Source: Branchiostoma lanceolatum
Lineage: Eukaryota
DNA: 64,000 nucleotides
Assembly: GCF_035083965.1 (NCBI RefSeq)
Contig: NC_089722.1
Span: 25,419,081-25,483,080 of the forward strand
Direction of reading: 5' to 3'
This document shows positions 1 through 14,294 of this stretch, piece after piece (position 1 is the first letter of the stretch; each line of letters opens with the position of its first letter). The translations under genes and the position numbers were made by a program. The notes beneath the pieces are model-generated. The model was given only the letters and a program-made list of their open reading frames with translations. It searched no databases and was not told where the DNA came from.

Positions 1-1390
1 ACACCTGTGATAAGGTAAGATAAAAGATGCTGTCACACCTGGTATTAAGGTAAAGAAAAGTACCATCAGCCTGGCTCAGTACATGCACAGTAACGTAAAC
101 AAGGCAGTTTAATGATTTGTTTGTTATTGATAACTGCCTAATGAAGTGCAAACAAACAAAACCATTTGTTGCCCAGAATTCCAAACAAACAAACAAGACA
201 GGACAACACCACGCCCTCCTCTTTGCGCAGTTTGTCTGTGAGGTAAAACTACATTACCTCCCCGCTGCAAAACCGGATTGCCTACCTGTTCAAAATTGTT
301 CGCTTATCTTTGAATGCTGACGGTTTGCAGATTTAAGGGAGAAGATTAAGTAACAAGCGGATACGAGAGAATTCCTCGCATCGTTGTGCAACTAGCTACT
401 GTCATCATGATAAACCCCAGTCCCATCTTTAAGGGCGTCTCACCTGTACTTAAAACTGTCTCCAGACCAGGGAGCTCTTAAAAGTGTGTTGGAGGAGATG
501 TTAATCTAAACGCTACAGCAATAACACCATTAGTGGCACCATCATTCCGAATTCCAACAAAAACGCTAAAGGGCAAACGCGCAATTAACGAGATTAGGTC
601 TTATCCACATTTTCTAATTAGTGAGATAGTCATGAAATCAACGCTCCCATGAACACAAAACATACCTGGCGTTGTTTTGGGTATCTATTGAGTAGAAAAG
701 TTACACGTAGGTATGTTTTAAATGTGATGATTACCTGGTAAACGCGTGAGTAATTGCTTTGTGTGCAGGGCCGTTGGGGGGTAAAGGAATATTTTAGTAA
801 ACACCAAACGTAAGCCAGGTATTCAATACTAATATGTGTACAAACTTCCCGGACCCTGAAGCTACTTCTTGAGATTTAAGTTTCTGAATCTCTGTTTAAT
901 GGCAAGAAATTTTGTAGGTGTAACGCGACGTTGAAGCAGTTGTATGATATATTTTCCCTTGCTCCTTGTTCGTTGTGTCTTATCTACAAGCAGATGTAGG
1001 AGAAGGGGAAGATTTTTAAAACGTTGCGCTACTAAAACGACGTACTAAATGACGCAAATACACGCGTAAAACACCGAAACCCGGACCCTACATCTGCTTA
1101 GAGATGTAACTTTGAATTGATATTGTTGGTTCCACGAACAGGTGGTCACTGTAGAGTCAATAATGTGTTCAATATAATATGCTGATAGTTAATATGATGA
1201 TGATGATGTTGAATGGATAAAAGATAGGAAAATCCCTGTTCTACCGCTGATCTATAACAAGACAAAACGTTATTTCTTGTGACGAATGCTGGTATTGTGG
1301 AGGGATCAACGGTCACTTCCTCCGCTGGGAGTTAGTAAAACCCACCAAACAGTCTAGCAGCAAAACAGAAAGGATATAGTGATCACCCGA

Positions 1391-1422
1391 CACACACAAA
1401 TACATACAAACACACACACACA

Positions 1423-1459
<37 letters not shown>

Positions 1460-1460
1460 G

Positions 1461-1522
<62 letters not shown>
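1391..1522. repeat. (CA)n/(TG)n dinucleotide microsatellite, ~130 bp, imperfect
   Basis: Direct read: cacacaca... runs with a few interruptions. This explains the Cys-Val ORF 1313..1891(-). Confidence 0.95.
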
Positions 1523-1523
<1 letters not shown>

Positions 1524-4500
1524 TCATCAATATCTTTCACTAGGATGAAAGTATACAATTCATGTAAAGCATAATCATCCCTTCCAGTGCTATAAAATGA
1601 ATCTCCCCTTCCCACATCCCAGCTTGTGAACCCAACTGTTGCCTGCCGCCTGCAGACGTTTTGATTACAGACAAGATAGCAGCTCAGGACCTGTTCTAGC
1701 GACAATCTGTGTGGTTCACTTTGTACTTCATTCTGACGGAATGCAGCTATCTTCTGAAATATCGTATTTGGGTGGTAGGTTGTCATGGTGTGGTGAAGAA
1801 AGTAGTATGGAAGACAAAGATAAGTTGCGCTTACTGGTATCATCTGGAGGATCCAGACTGATAACAGGTGAAAAGGCTGAGATGATTTCAACCGGAAATG
1901 TCATGTCATACTCCGGCTGATCCACCGTTTGTTCTGTAAGAATTCCCTGGCGGCCATCTTACCCCCAAAAGATCATCTTACAAAACAAGTGATTTATGTG
2001 TAATAGAATTCAAAGCCTTTGTTGTTATTTTTCATTTAATTAAATGATTGGGTAAGACTATCATCAATGTGTAGCATTTTCATGGTGAAAAATGCAAGAA
2101 ATGAAAATAACCCTGATAGAGGACACGATGAAACGTCTGTACATATTTCACCATCACACATGTTGCATTTAAACGTAAGCCATAGGCCCTGTTTTTGTTT
2201 TTGTCCCAGGCATGATATTAGAAACCGTTGACAGTCTTAAATACGCCGTGCCCGAGCCAGTCGTGACGTTTTACACCTGACAGCTGCCCGGACGTCAAGG
2301 TCACATTTGAACATGCAGGGGCGTAGTAAACAAGAAAGTAGTTCCAGACTTTTGTGCGTTTTGTTAATGTCCACCTGTACCTATGTGGACTTAAGACAAT
2401 GTCAGTCACTTATCTGGCATCCGTCCAATCTTAAAATTAATTTAGCGACGTTTTTTGCTGCACGTCCTAGCCTCACCTCTTCCATTCTTCCATCAAGCTT
2501 TTTGAGCGCGGTTACCGGTCCCATTGCTCGGGGAACGCAATTCATTTCCTGTATGTTTTGGCTCGCGTTGATATCAACAAAATTACAGCATTTTTGAAAC
2601 CCCGTCTTCGTCTCAGGTTTCCATCCCGCTGCTCAATATGCGCAGATGTAGACAACAAAGGTATGATGATCCTTCCGCAGGGGGAGCTGGGTCGCTCCAT
2701 GTCGGACAGAGGTCATCGATGTGAGACGACGAGTATCAGCATACAGACACCATGTCCTAGATGATTCTCCAGTCACGCCTTTTCTGAGCATTCTTCAGTT
2801 TCTTCTAAGCAAGTTGACGATGAAAGAAAGGAAAATGAATGAACAACTGTATGTTATTTTGATCTCTACGAAGAATGGGTGATGAGGGTGGTCAGTGACA
2901 TGTACTCTTGTACTCTTCCATTTCATTTCCCTCGTTCGTTCGTCATCACTCACAGTCAGCAATGCATTGTCTGTCTACAGTCGCTCATTCTTTCGTTCTT
3001 TCGCATATCCATCCATCTCTGTTTTGTGTGACGTCTCCCATCAACACACCTGTTGAGTCCGTCCCCATAAATCACCGTATTGATGCGGCCCCTCGCTGTG
3101 CGTAATGATGGCCGCGCCACCGCCAGGGTTCCCAGGTGATGCGGTTTGCCCTTATTTCACACCTGCAGACGGACCGAACTTTTATGTGAGCAATTTGGGA
3201 CCTCCCAACGAGAAACGGCTCTCCTGAGGTCAGGGGTCACCTCATCGGTCATTATATTCCGTTTATTCCTTCATTACATCAACTTTTCCACTTACAGCCC
3301 TGCCTAATGCACGGGTGTATCAAATTGCGTCTCAGAAAATGCCAGCAGTTTAGTGAATTACTACAAATTGTCTTCACCAAAGCTTTTGTCCACTCCTTCA
3401 GTGCGTTGGTATCCTACGAAGTAGACAAGCTCGGGGAAAACGTTCTTTGGTGAAGTGATATACCACCATGGTTGTGACTAACACACGTGCCTCAGGGCGC
3501 TGTGGTCGGAATAAAACTAATTTGGATACATTTAAGTTCGTTGAACATGCTTGAATGACCTGCGAGGGGAACGATTAAACGATAATGTACAAAACTTGCA
3601 AGGTGGTGAACCACTTGCAATTTCTTTCGCTAATAATTTTCTGGGTAAGATTCTACAAATACAACCAACAGTTGTGACATTGTCTGCGATGTTGACACTG
3701 TGCGACGACGTCTCGGTGTCCTTTCTCGTGCCCTTTCGTCCTGTGGACTCCTTTAATGCGAAGGAGGGGGAGAGGGTGCAAGGATCCGCGGGTTTCCTTT
3801 CACTCAACCGCTCCGAGGAATATTTTATTCCTGGAGACAGCAGGACCTCCCAGGAAGAAAGTAGCGTCCGACCCAGCTTAGGTATCTTCACTACCTTTCC
3901 GTCAATGTCGAAATGAGAGAGATTTGTGTTTTCTCTTGTATCGTCTGCGAGACTGCGACCGTGTCCCGACTGGTCAGAGATCTTATCTGTTGCGGCATTC
4001 GGTACTGATCCAGACCTCCCATTGCTAAAGTTGGGGGAGGAAAGAATGACCTTGGAATGTATCAAATGCTTTCCGTTCAAGGTCTTAGATAACACAACAT
4101 CCTCAACTCCTCAGCTCTTTGGGGATTTTGAATTAATAAAAATCAGTCATAGGGATTGCGATGCAGTATGGTTGGTCACTTTTGTGATTTCGATTTGAGT
4201 AAAAGGTGTCAAGGCCAGGATTTTTGTATACGCAAGAGTTTTGACTCATCTGTGGCGGATGGAACAGAAATAGTAAAACGTAAAACATTTTCAGAGTTCA
4301 CAGATCTACAGAGAGAGTAAGAATATTGTTTGCATTGCTGTCTTTATCATGGTGACATATGTCTTATACATTTTCAGTTAGTTGGGAGCCGTTTTACTAT
4401 ATTTTCAAATCAACCGAGATAAAAGTCAATGTCCAACGAACTCCTCCCTTTCCTTTGTCTCGGTTACAACAGTTTATATGGTTGGTTACTCCTCCAATAA

Positions 4501-7500
4501 GGTGGAAAGTGATCAAATGTCAGAGCAATTTATCGCCTAACATTTTGTTAGCTTTTTTTTCGTCTCCCAACTTCTGTCAGACCTCCCACGACACAGCGGG
4601 GGGTCATAGGAAGGTCACGTGCCGCACCAACTCCTACAGGTGTGAGGGAGGAAAGTATTATGGGTCATTTACAACATGGCGGAGGTGTCCAAATGATTCA
4701 AACTGACAGCCGGGTAGTTGATAAGTGGGGATAGCTTTCTCCTCATTTGGACCTCCCACAATCACAGTGCTTCTCGGAATATTAGGGGGGATAAGAAAAA
4801 AGAGCCTTTTGCCTTAATTATAAAGAGAGGAAACCGATCTTCCTCGGAGTACAATAGAGCTACATTATACATAACGATTTTTCAAGGCATATGTAACTTT
4901 TCAACGACGACGATGCTTTATATTACTAAACAACAGCAAGGAAACAGAAAATGGATAAACGAATGATAACAGATATCCTAAAGATACGTTCACACAGCTA
5001 AAATAAATAAAAAATACCCTAAAAATGTTTTAAAAATGGTGGGAAGAACTGAAACACCTGTTTTTCTCTTCCAGGGCGACAGTCCAACTTTTATTCGACT
5101 CTCCCTATTTAGGCTAGATTATTATTTCCATGATGCTAAAACGTTTGCCTGGGACCTTGATAGCAGGTTATGAGGATGTCAAGGCCAAGTATCATTGAAA
5201 CTTGTTTGTTTCTGAATGTCCCTGTGCCCCCCCCCCTCTTCCTGTCACCCACCATTGTCTCTTGAGGTCAGCCGAAGGTTAAACTATTCGACGTCTGAAC
5301 CGCCTTGTCTCGACTCTAAGAGAAGTTAATTCACTAAAAGTGCAATGGTCGCCTTGCAAATAGCCGTGGAAATGTTCCTAATGTAGTCTGGAAAAGACTT
5401 TGTGACCATGTTTAACGATATAATTGTACAGTCATGTAGTCGTAGTGTCGTCTGGAGAGGAAGGAAGTCACTAGGTGGGAGGGGTTCTGGTGCGACCAAA
5501 CTTCTCAAGTATCGTCCCGAGTCGTAGGAGGGAGACCTGTTCGTATGTCCCGAAAACTTCCTACCTCTCAGGGCAACAAGATTTAAAATTGTCCCTCCCC
5601 TTTGTCTGTTATACCCCGGGGAATTTCTGTATATCCGTGGTGACATCTGTTAGCTGGGTCGTCTTTGGTGGGCTGTTGTGACCCATCAAGTCGAGAACAA
5701 TGCTCCGTGGTTCTGTCTTAATTTTCTGTGATTTACTCTCTTCTCTGTCTCTTCGTGAAAGGCCTCAAACAGGATCCGCAGTACTAAGAAGTGGCTTATC
5801 AGTTCCGCCTTGAAGCGACAAGAAGTCAATACAATCTTTTATTTTCAATTTTACCCGTCTGGTTCAGGAATTGTGACCTATATAAGATGGTGACAACATG
5901 TCGCCACAAGGGCAGACAGTCGGAAACCTAAAAACAAACAGAGGAAAAGTGGGCGGCTTTCCCTTTATTCTGGGTGTTCCTAACTGTGCTCTATGGTTCA
6001 ACCCTGATCTGGAGATATTTTGATAAGGACTTGCCCTTTTTTATCTTTTAAATGTAGGAGGGGCAGAGATTAAAGTCTGTATGAACTGCGGTGTAAGCGG
6101 TTGTAAATATGGCAGAGTTGACAAGCTAACATTTTTACGATGAAGCATTGTTTCTACCCTATTTTCCGGGTACGGCTTCCTCGTTTTAATCACGAACGTC
6201 ATGGTTTGGGCTATGTCCAAGTCGTAACAGAATAATAGATAAGAAATCTGCCTGTATGATGATAGAACGTGTAGGAATGTTATCATACGATAGCGGATCT
6301 TCTTACGTAAAGGGCTGTATTGGAATCTGAGGTCATGATCAGTACTCACATTTGTATGTGACGTTTCTGTGACGTGAAAATGATGGTAAATTTTGGGATG
6401 ATTTTGTCCTTGATTTATCTATGACGTTCGTAAAATGTTTTGTTAGTTATCAATACGCACTAGCTTTTTATCTATTACGTATCATTGTCAATGCTTATCC
6501 ACGACGGTCGATATAGAAATGTATATGTGCAAGGCAACATTGTTTCAATCCCGTACAAATGGCTATGTATTTGTCCAAGACCTGAGCAGCTTTCTTCCTG
6601 TATCGTAAATATGAAAACTTTGGGCGACATCAGAAGTTTTTGTTCTGATGCAGGAAGCGGATGGCAGCGTGGTTTCAATCCACTCGAGTTCGGCAAAAAC
6701 CGTCTATTTCCGTGACTCCTCGGAAGCCCTTGAGAGTTTGGAATTTCGTCCGCTCAGGAACTTTGTACTTTTGACAAATAAAGTGTTTTGCCCGTGACAT
6801 AAAAGAATGTGTGGGCTATCAAAACAGCGTCCTACATCTTCATAGTTTGTAGATATTGTCGTCAAATTCCGTCATCACTAAGATATGCTCATGAAGGTTA
6901 CGTGGTGTACTTCACATAAATAATTCTCAACTTACATCAACACTCTCCTTGTCAACGACGGAACGTTACGTGCACGTGTTGATTGTTGTGTTGTCATTTC
7001 CTGTCTGGCATTTTCTCTAGATTTTAAGTTTTATTTTGATATTTCACATTTATCGGTATTCTTGCCTGTTGAAAACGCCACACGATATCGATTTTCATGT
7101 CATTACCTTGATTAAATTGTCTAGTTTTTCTGATTTTTCCGAACAGGTAACGCTTATTTTTTCCCGCCACGTGGGTGTTTGTGTCACCCCACATTCCTTA
7201 GCAACATTTATAACGTCCCGTAAGCATTCAAAAATGTTTCAAACACGTTCTCTGTTTCTATGTGTTCTGACCAGCCAGCCAATCGGCGTGGGTCTTGCGG
7301 CCTGCCGTCATGTGGGTACGTTGACACCCCCAAACCCTCCCTGGAGCGGTCTGAGAGGTAATTACCTACCTGTCATGAATAGCATTACACTGGGCGTTAT
7401 CGGGTGACCGGGCTGGGGGTATATATATTGGCGGGAGGCCAGGCGCTACACGAGACCGAGCAGAGCTGCCTACTGCACGCCTCGCGTAGCTAACAGTGGA

Positions 7501-7522
7501 TTTGCATTCTTAAGCCTTGTCT

Positions 7523-7530
7523 ATATATAG
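7523..7530 (+). promoter_or_regulatory. TATA box (TATATATA) ~45 bp upstream of the PLA2 start codon
   Basis: ctaTATATATAgtgg at 7521-7534. A second TATATATAT lies at 7422-7432. ATG at 7575. Confidence 0.4.
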
Positions 7531-7574
7531 TGGCTGTGGACACGACTTTTAGACCCGACTACTAAATAGCAGTC

Positions 7575-8236
7575 ATGGCAATTACTGTAGGGCGCCAAGT
7601 GGCAGTAGCCGTGCTTTTCGTCGTCGTTGAGAGCGTTTTTGCCAGGAATTTGATTCCGTCCGCGTTCTACTTTAACGTGAGCGTGAGCGGAGACGGCGAG
7701 CGCGTGCTGAGCGTCGTGAAGGACGGCGTCTTCTCTCGGGAGACCTCCGTGGTGCTGCCCGAAGGGACGCCCCGCACCCCCACGGCGGACATCAGGTTCC
7801 GCCAGGTGACCGACGGCCGGCTCTTCACGCAGGCGGTGTACGGCGGGGACGGCGTGGTCAGGGACTGCGACGTCAGGGAAGACCGGGACGCAATCGACGG
7901 CTTCGTCGCCTCGTTCCTTGCCGAGGGCACCACGATGACAGACGACGCCGTCCGAAGAGGGCTCGTCTCGGGGTCGGACTCCCTCCGGAAGGACTACCTG
8001 TGGACCGAGTTCTCCCCACTTGTGGCCGACGGCAGCGAGGGCCTCGTGTCCAACATCTTAACCCTGGTGGACTTCAAGACGGCGAAGGGGAAGTGTCGGG
8101 AGTTTGAGAAGGCCGTGAAGAGAGAGATGCACCGGCAGCAGGAGAAGAGAGACGTCGGCGGCCGGACCAAGCGCGCCGGCAGCTGGCTCATCTACCCCGG
8201 GACCAAATGGTGCGGAGCCGGTGACATGGCATCCAA
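7575..8236 (+). CDS. Group III secreted phospholipase A2 (PLA2G3/bee-venom-like), coding exon 1: signal peptide, ~190-aa N-terminal domain, Ca-binding loop
   Basis: ORF 7575..8240. MAITVGRQVAVAVLFVVVESVFA looks like a signal peptide. Ends ...LIYPGTKWCGAGD (bee PLA2 IIYPGTLWCGHGN). Donor AA|GTAAGT at 8237. Phase 2. Confidence 0.75.
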
Positions 8237-11200
8237 GTAAGTCTTTTCCCCTTTCTTGCGACTTAACTTTCCTGTGTCTGTAATTGCATTATGTGTTAAT
8301 GCCTTTTCTCCTGGAAAACTGTAATATTTGTCACAAACTAGGTGACAGCTTGTAAATAGGGTTGGATACACTAAATACGAATGACTGACTCGCCACTGAC
8401 ATAAGTGTTGCAGAAATAATGCGGAGTAATCCAACCTCTAGCCTTCCGTAATGAATTGTGTGGGTACAAAATTTGATTTACCCCGTCAACAAAGTGACAG
8501 AAGCGCTCTGGCCACGTCTGAAAAGACTGTACCGATTGTTAGTGCCTGCCTGCCGGCTTTTACCCGCGCTGCGCGGCGTAAACGTGCCTCAAGGGCGAGA
8601 CGACCAGGTATGTCAACTTAATAAGAATGGACAAGCAGCCGGGCAACTTTCCTCTAAAGACAACATGTGGTGTATAGTTGATCTGTTTTCGTCGCAGTCG
8701 ACAGTCTCTACTGTTTTCTCGTCAAGGACATCAAATTTGTGTTACATGTTCAAATTTGCTGTTTCATCTTAATACACTTCCACTACTCGGTAGAAAATGT
8801 AACCATACATTTCCTGCACTTCTATACACTACAGTCTAAGATTAGCCCTTTGAGAAGACCGTAACTAGTAGTTAATGATTCTGTACACGTTTGCTACCCA
8901 TTCCGAACTGTCTCTTAAATTGTGGCCTTGTTCCATCCACCCTCCGGCGTAGTTTTTGTACCGTCCCCGCATCCACCTGCAGGGAAGTCCGCCTGTAGGT
9001 CTGCCTATTTGAACAGCTTATGTAAAAATTTCACGGACATCGTTCCAATGAATCGAAAGGTTTTGTCTGCAAGAAAAGCAAGTGGGGGTAGCCCGAGTCA
9101 GCTCGGGTTTATTTCTTCTCCAAACGTTTCCTTAGCGTAACGCGGATGTCTGTCATCACATCCAGGCGGGTAACCCGTCCAGCGAGGGGCTGTTCTCCAC
9201 TCTACAAATAAGCTGTGCACCGATTATTAGCGGGGTTTTCCGCCCTTAGTAACATCGCGGGGGCAGCTTGGGGCAAGTTCTGGCCCAATGCCAACAGCTC
9301 TGTGAATCTTCTCCATTCTAAGCCCTTGTCACAACATTGCGGTTGTGCGGGCCCCGAGGCCTGTGCCTTTTAACGAGGACAAAATTACATCGTATGTACG
9401 AGTCTGGGAGACTTTAGACGAGACATGAAGATAAGAGTAGCCAAAGTTTGGAATTTTTATGACCGCTCCCGCGACCCGCTTTGATGTTGTCTTGATAGTA
9501 TGGCAAATTCACGTCCAACATTTGATAGAACATGCGTGATTGTGGGGGAGAATTATTAAGTCCTGGTCGGTAGATGGCGCAACTGGGAATTCCAGGGGGC
9601 TATAGTTCCTTCCTCCTCCTTGAATCTAATTGTTTTTCTGTGTTTTGTCGACAATTTTGCATTTCACTTTGTCCGCCTGCCTCGTCCTTCACAGTTAGGG
9701 TTGGGTCGCCAGGATAGCGTGCAAGTTTGGGAGATAACCTTGCTACGAGACGACATTGCAGGATTCTCAAGTTTTCAGGCACGAACTTGAACTCTGCAAG
9801 GTTCCTCCCCGACGGGATATTGTCTTCTGTCTCGTTGCGTGCTGCTGAATTCCCCAGATACGTCTCCTGTTTACGTTTAGATGCTATCGTCTGGAATTGC
9901 AAAGATATGTCGTTTTGTTGTTAAACAAACTCTGGACGTTTTGACACTGGGAATGAACGCTATTTCCCCGCCTTGCTCCTTCTGTCTGCCCGGCTCAGAA
10001 CCATTAATTTACAGTCCCCTGCTTCTCGAGACGATATCGTCTTACACCCGAAGAAAGCATGTTTGTTGATTCTGAGATACTATCTCAAATTAGGTGTTAG
10101 AGTCATCTGTCATTATACCGTTCAACCGTCGCACAATCTTACGGTTCATCTGCAAAAGAAATTTGGGTTTTACTAAATTATTTCACTCCGTTAGTGACAT
10201 GTCAACTACAAACAGGTGAATTCTTCACCTCATAGCCTTAGACGGACAACCTCATGTTCAGGTTACATCCCGACAAAGGTATACTCTTGTCACTCGCATC
10301 TGGACGACATATCTTGTCATCCCTTGTTTTTCATTCAGTAAAATCATACCTCACGCAAGTGCTGTCTTACCATGTTAACCCTTACACTGCGATGAAAGCA
10401 GCGGTAAACCGTTTCATATGTGAGTGTCACTAGTACTGCGCGCGCTATTTTTCAACCTCGGAGCTTTGTCGGTAAACAAACAGAGGTTGACATCTACCTT
10501 TCAATGCTTAGTAAACAAACTCCGGACCTCGATCACGAACTCACGGGCGTCACAACCACTTGTAGCTATTAGCTGGGCATGAACGAGCTGATTTGTCGGA
10601 TTCTGGTGAGGACAGAAGCCGCCGCTACAGAAAAAGCAATGTCTGCAGACGACAGGTGCACATGCAAAGGGATACCCAGAAGGCTTTGTTCAAAATGGCG
10701 GTAGTTCAAATCCTGGTGATGTGTTTTTACTACATATTCAACAGGAAATCGGAATTTTACCTTATTTTCCTCGCAGATGACGAAGAAACTTTTCTAATTC
10801 CATTGTGAAAGTTTTATTTTTCTTTATCCAAGTTTCGGCAGGTGAGAGGGATCGGTTGCTGGCCGTGCCATCTTTCTGATGTTAACGTTATCACCGAGAT
10901 ATTCTCTCCGATAAGCTGACAATAGGACATGTCCGCCACTTCCGATGAGAGGACAGCTTGTCCCCAACCCGCATTGTTCCTTAAAGAATTCCCGCTGCAG
11001 GGAAGGGCAAAAGGCCATCGCTACACAATGTGGGTTATGCTAACAGCCCGGCTAATTTTCGCCCATCAAGGAAATGTGTTTCTTGGAGCGACGTCCCGTC
11101 TCAAAGTATGATTGATCACAGTGAATAACTCAGGAAGGAGACTAGACGAGAGGTGAATAGATAGACATTCGTTGTGGTCGAGGTGTTTAACACCGTTTAA

Positions 11201-13089
11201 TAAAGACTACAAAAAAATTATACGCATTACGTTTTCACGTTTTAGTGGAAGCATGCACACGGAATTTCCATACACACCTGCGTTGGAATGTAAACAATCA
11301 ACAAAGCTAAATGTAAACAATAACAGGGTAGTATATCACGTAAGCAACAACCCGCGTGGCGCTAGTCACTTGGCGGAACTTTGAAAATGGGCGATGTCTG
11401 GATAAACAATGGCGTGCTTTACCCCTTCCAGGTGATAAACTCTTCTCCTGCCGGTATGCTATGTGTGAAGCGTCCTGAAAGTCACGGGGATTTGGGGAAG
11501 GGGTATTCTCAGGTCATGTTGCAGGAGCCCAGTTTATGTGAAAACAAGTCATTGACAAAATCAATGTCGAGCTAAGATTTCTATGGTATCGTGGCGCTAG
11601 TACTTGCCCTTTACTGTGTCCATGAACCAAACCTGTGTTTGTAATTACCTTCCACTACAACAAGTTTGACCCCCAAAACGACAACGCTAGAAACTGCAGA
11701 CGACATAACGTGACATCTGTTGAGCCGTGCACATATTTGGTCTCTTCTCAGTGCCTCGTAGTAAAGCATCCCTTCCGGTGTCCTATATAATGTCGGCATC
11801 CCGACCACGGCTTGATCCACAAAAACCACGATGTTTGATTCAGGTGTTGCTGCCGCTTGTTTTATGTTAAAAGTCAAACCGCCCGGAGCAAAGCCGGATT
11901 CTACCACAACAAACAGATCTCAACCCTGCCGCAGACATTAGTAGAACCCCAAGGACAATCGCTATTATCTATTTCCTCACTTATTGTCTGATCTCCGACC
12001 TGGGGGTCTTTTACCTGTCGATCAAAGGTTTAGACAGGTGGTATGATCAAATACGTCACATCGTGCCGATACCGGGATTGGAGATATACGGCTTACCGAT
12101 CAAACAATACGACGGTGGGTGAGTCAAACGATCTTTTTTTTATGAACGAGACAAAAACGGAAGTGTAGGTCATCTGGGCATCTATAACGCACCCCACGCG
12201 TGCCACGGCACAATTTACGCCGTCTAGAAATGTTCGCGGTGACACAAACAATTATCAGGAACTTGCAGGACAAGAGCACAGTGAGTCAGTCAATACCGAG
12301 CGTTATGAAACTTGCCTCACTTCTTTTCGGTCGATTTTATTGCCGCGCCTTTTTCTGGTAGAAAAATGAAAGACCACTTGTTTTGCTGTCATTCAAATGA
12401 CCAAAGGAGCACGAACCTGAAATTTAACCTTGGCCCAAAACTGTTTGGTTGAGGCGACGAATGCTCAGTCAAGACCCAGTGATGTTCTTCGAACATGTCA
12501 ATCAAATACAATGCGTCCTTGTCCACTGTTAACATGTTTTGAATGCTGATCAGTGAATGGAAAATTCACAACAAAGGACTTACTAGGACTGACAACACAT
12601 TGCAGGATGAAATCGTGCGTAAGTTATGTCTAAGCTTCGTATCTCAAGCATTATCAGCGTACCCCTTGAAGTAGTCTTGACGTTATTGTTAGATAACTCC
12701 ACGAGGTGAAAGTGGCAGAGCTCACAATACCCACCCTTCCCGCGGAACTCCCTCAAAGGACCACCGCAAACACACGCGACTAATACCTTAAGACAGTATT
12801 TGCTTGGTTAACAACCAATTCTTGGGAGTACAAGAAAAGACGAGAGGGTCTCAGAATTATCTTCTTAAGGTGGCACAATTCGTAATGTGGCATTAAAGGT
12901 ATTTAGCAAAGCCCTGTCGGTTTTTGGACGCCTTTTGACTCAGTGTGTACAATTTGGGGGTGGGTGCGCCCCCTTTGTTGGTGCTCCACTTTTGCAACCT
13001 TGGAGGGATTCCAGTTCCTTCAGAGTGGATCGTTTGTGTACAGATGATACCCGGCCCTGGCATGGATGAACAGTCCTGAAAAAGTGAAA

Positions 13090-13200
13090 CCAAGATCATA
13101 ATCTATTAACTTGAGAAATGAAGATAGATAGAGAGATAGAGAAGCGAAGGAAGATAGCAAAAGATAAAGAGAAACAGACAAAGAAAAAGGGAGTACTAGT
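13090..13200. repeat. purine-rich (GA/GAA) low-complexity tract in PLA2 intron 1
   Basis: gaaatgaagatagatagagagatagagaagcgaaggaagatagcaaaagataaagagaaacagacaaagaaaaaggg. Confidence 0.7.
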
Positions 13201-14145
13201 ATGTGGACAGTTGTTAACATCACGGTAACTTCACAAGCTTCAAAGTCACCGAAATCAAGGCCGATTTTATCGTCAATGACGACAGCTGTCATATCAGTAC
13301 AGCCTACAAAGCTTAGCCATGCCTAAATATGTCATCTACTTCAAATGTTCATGAACCACTTCTCTCTCTGTTGGAACGCAAAAGACAGACGGATTTAGTT
13401 TATTGCCAAAGATTGTCATACAGGTGTTGTCAGGTGTCGCGTTAATGTCTTAGTCCACACAGCACTCAAGACGCTGAAGCTCACACCCCTCTCACTTACC
13501 AAACAACACCGCAGATGTCCCGGATTCTGTAACAGAGAGAGAATTATCTGTATTGACAGGCTTCGCTGTTAAGTGGCGAAACAGCCTCGTACTTTGTGCT
13601 GGAAGGCAGATTCCTCCACTCTAAAAGGTTTGATATGGTTGGGGATTAACGCTTCGGACAACATGTGCGTCCACAGGCGACATACTCGGGCCTGGCCAAG
13701 GGCTTGTTCTTTGTACCAGCTCTGCCTGGAATGCCGGGAATGGCAGGTTGGATGTGTTAATACCGTTTGTAAGGACGCCCCCGAGTGAAGATTTTACCCA
13801 CGATATCAGATACCGTCCTTCTTCGAGAAAGGAAGATTGTAGGATGTCACGTCTCGCGAGAGACGATACCGCGAGAGGTCAGAGGGGTCAGTAATGGATG
13901 TTGGTTTAGTCAGGCTGAATCTCAGAGAACATCTCATGGCTTTGCGAGTCAAATAAAGTCTCGAGGGCTAGAGCTGTATTTCTACACCTGTCCTACTTTT
14001 GATTTTAAGAAACAACACGAATGTCCAAAAGTTCAATGTCATCCATGCCCGTTCTAGAATACACATTTGTCTCTTGAAATATTTCTTAATCCAAATGGCC
14101 AAGGAGGTCCTTGATTCATTTTATCTTTTTCTCCCTTTTCTGCAG

Positions 14146-14292
14146 GTTTGATGATTTGGGAGAGGAGGCAGAGGTGGACAAGTGCTGCCGAGAACACGAC
14201 CACTGCGAACACCGCATCCCAGGATTCTCCTCGGCATACGGCTTCTTCAACTACCGTTTCCACACGCTGTCACACTGCGACTGCGACGACAG
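14146..14292 (+). CDS. PLA2G3-like exon 2 (catalytic His/Asp motif CCREHDHC ... CDCDD)
   Basis: Acceptor ttttctgcag|G at 14145. Translation K FDDLGEEAEVDKCCREHDHCEHRIPGFSSAYGFFNYRFHTLSHCDCDDR (bee: CCRTHDMC...CDCDDKFYDCL). Donor AG|GTGAGA at 14293. Confidence 0.8.
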
Positions 14293-14294
14293 GT

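Noticed and set aside
1313-1891. 192-aa minus-strand ORF with poly(Cys-Val)
   Set aside because: It is simply the translation of the (CA)n/(TG)n microsatellite.
3532-4095. 187-aa minus-strand ORF, Ser/Leu-rich
   Set aside because: Low-complexity composition with no recognisable motifs and no splice-site context. Likely non-coding.
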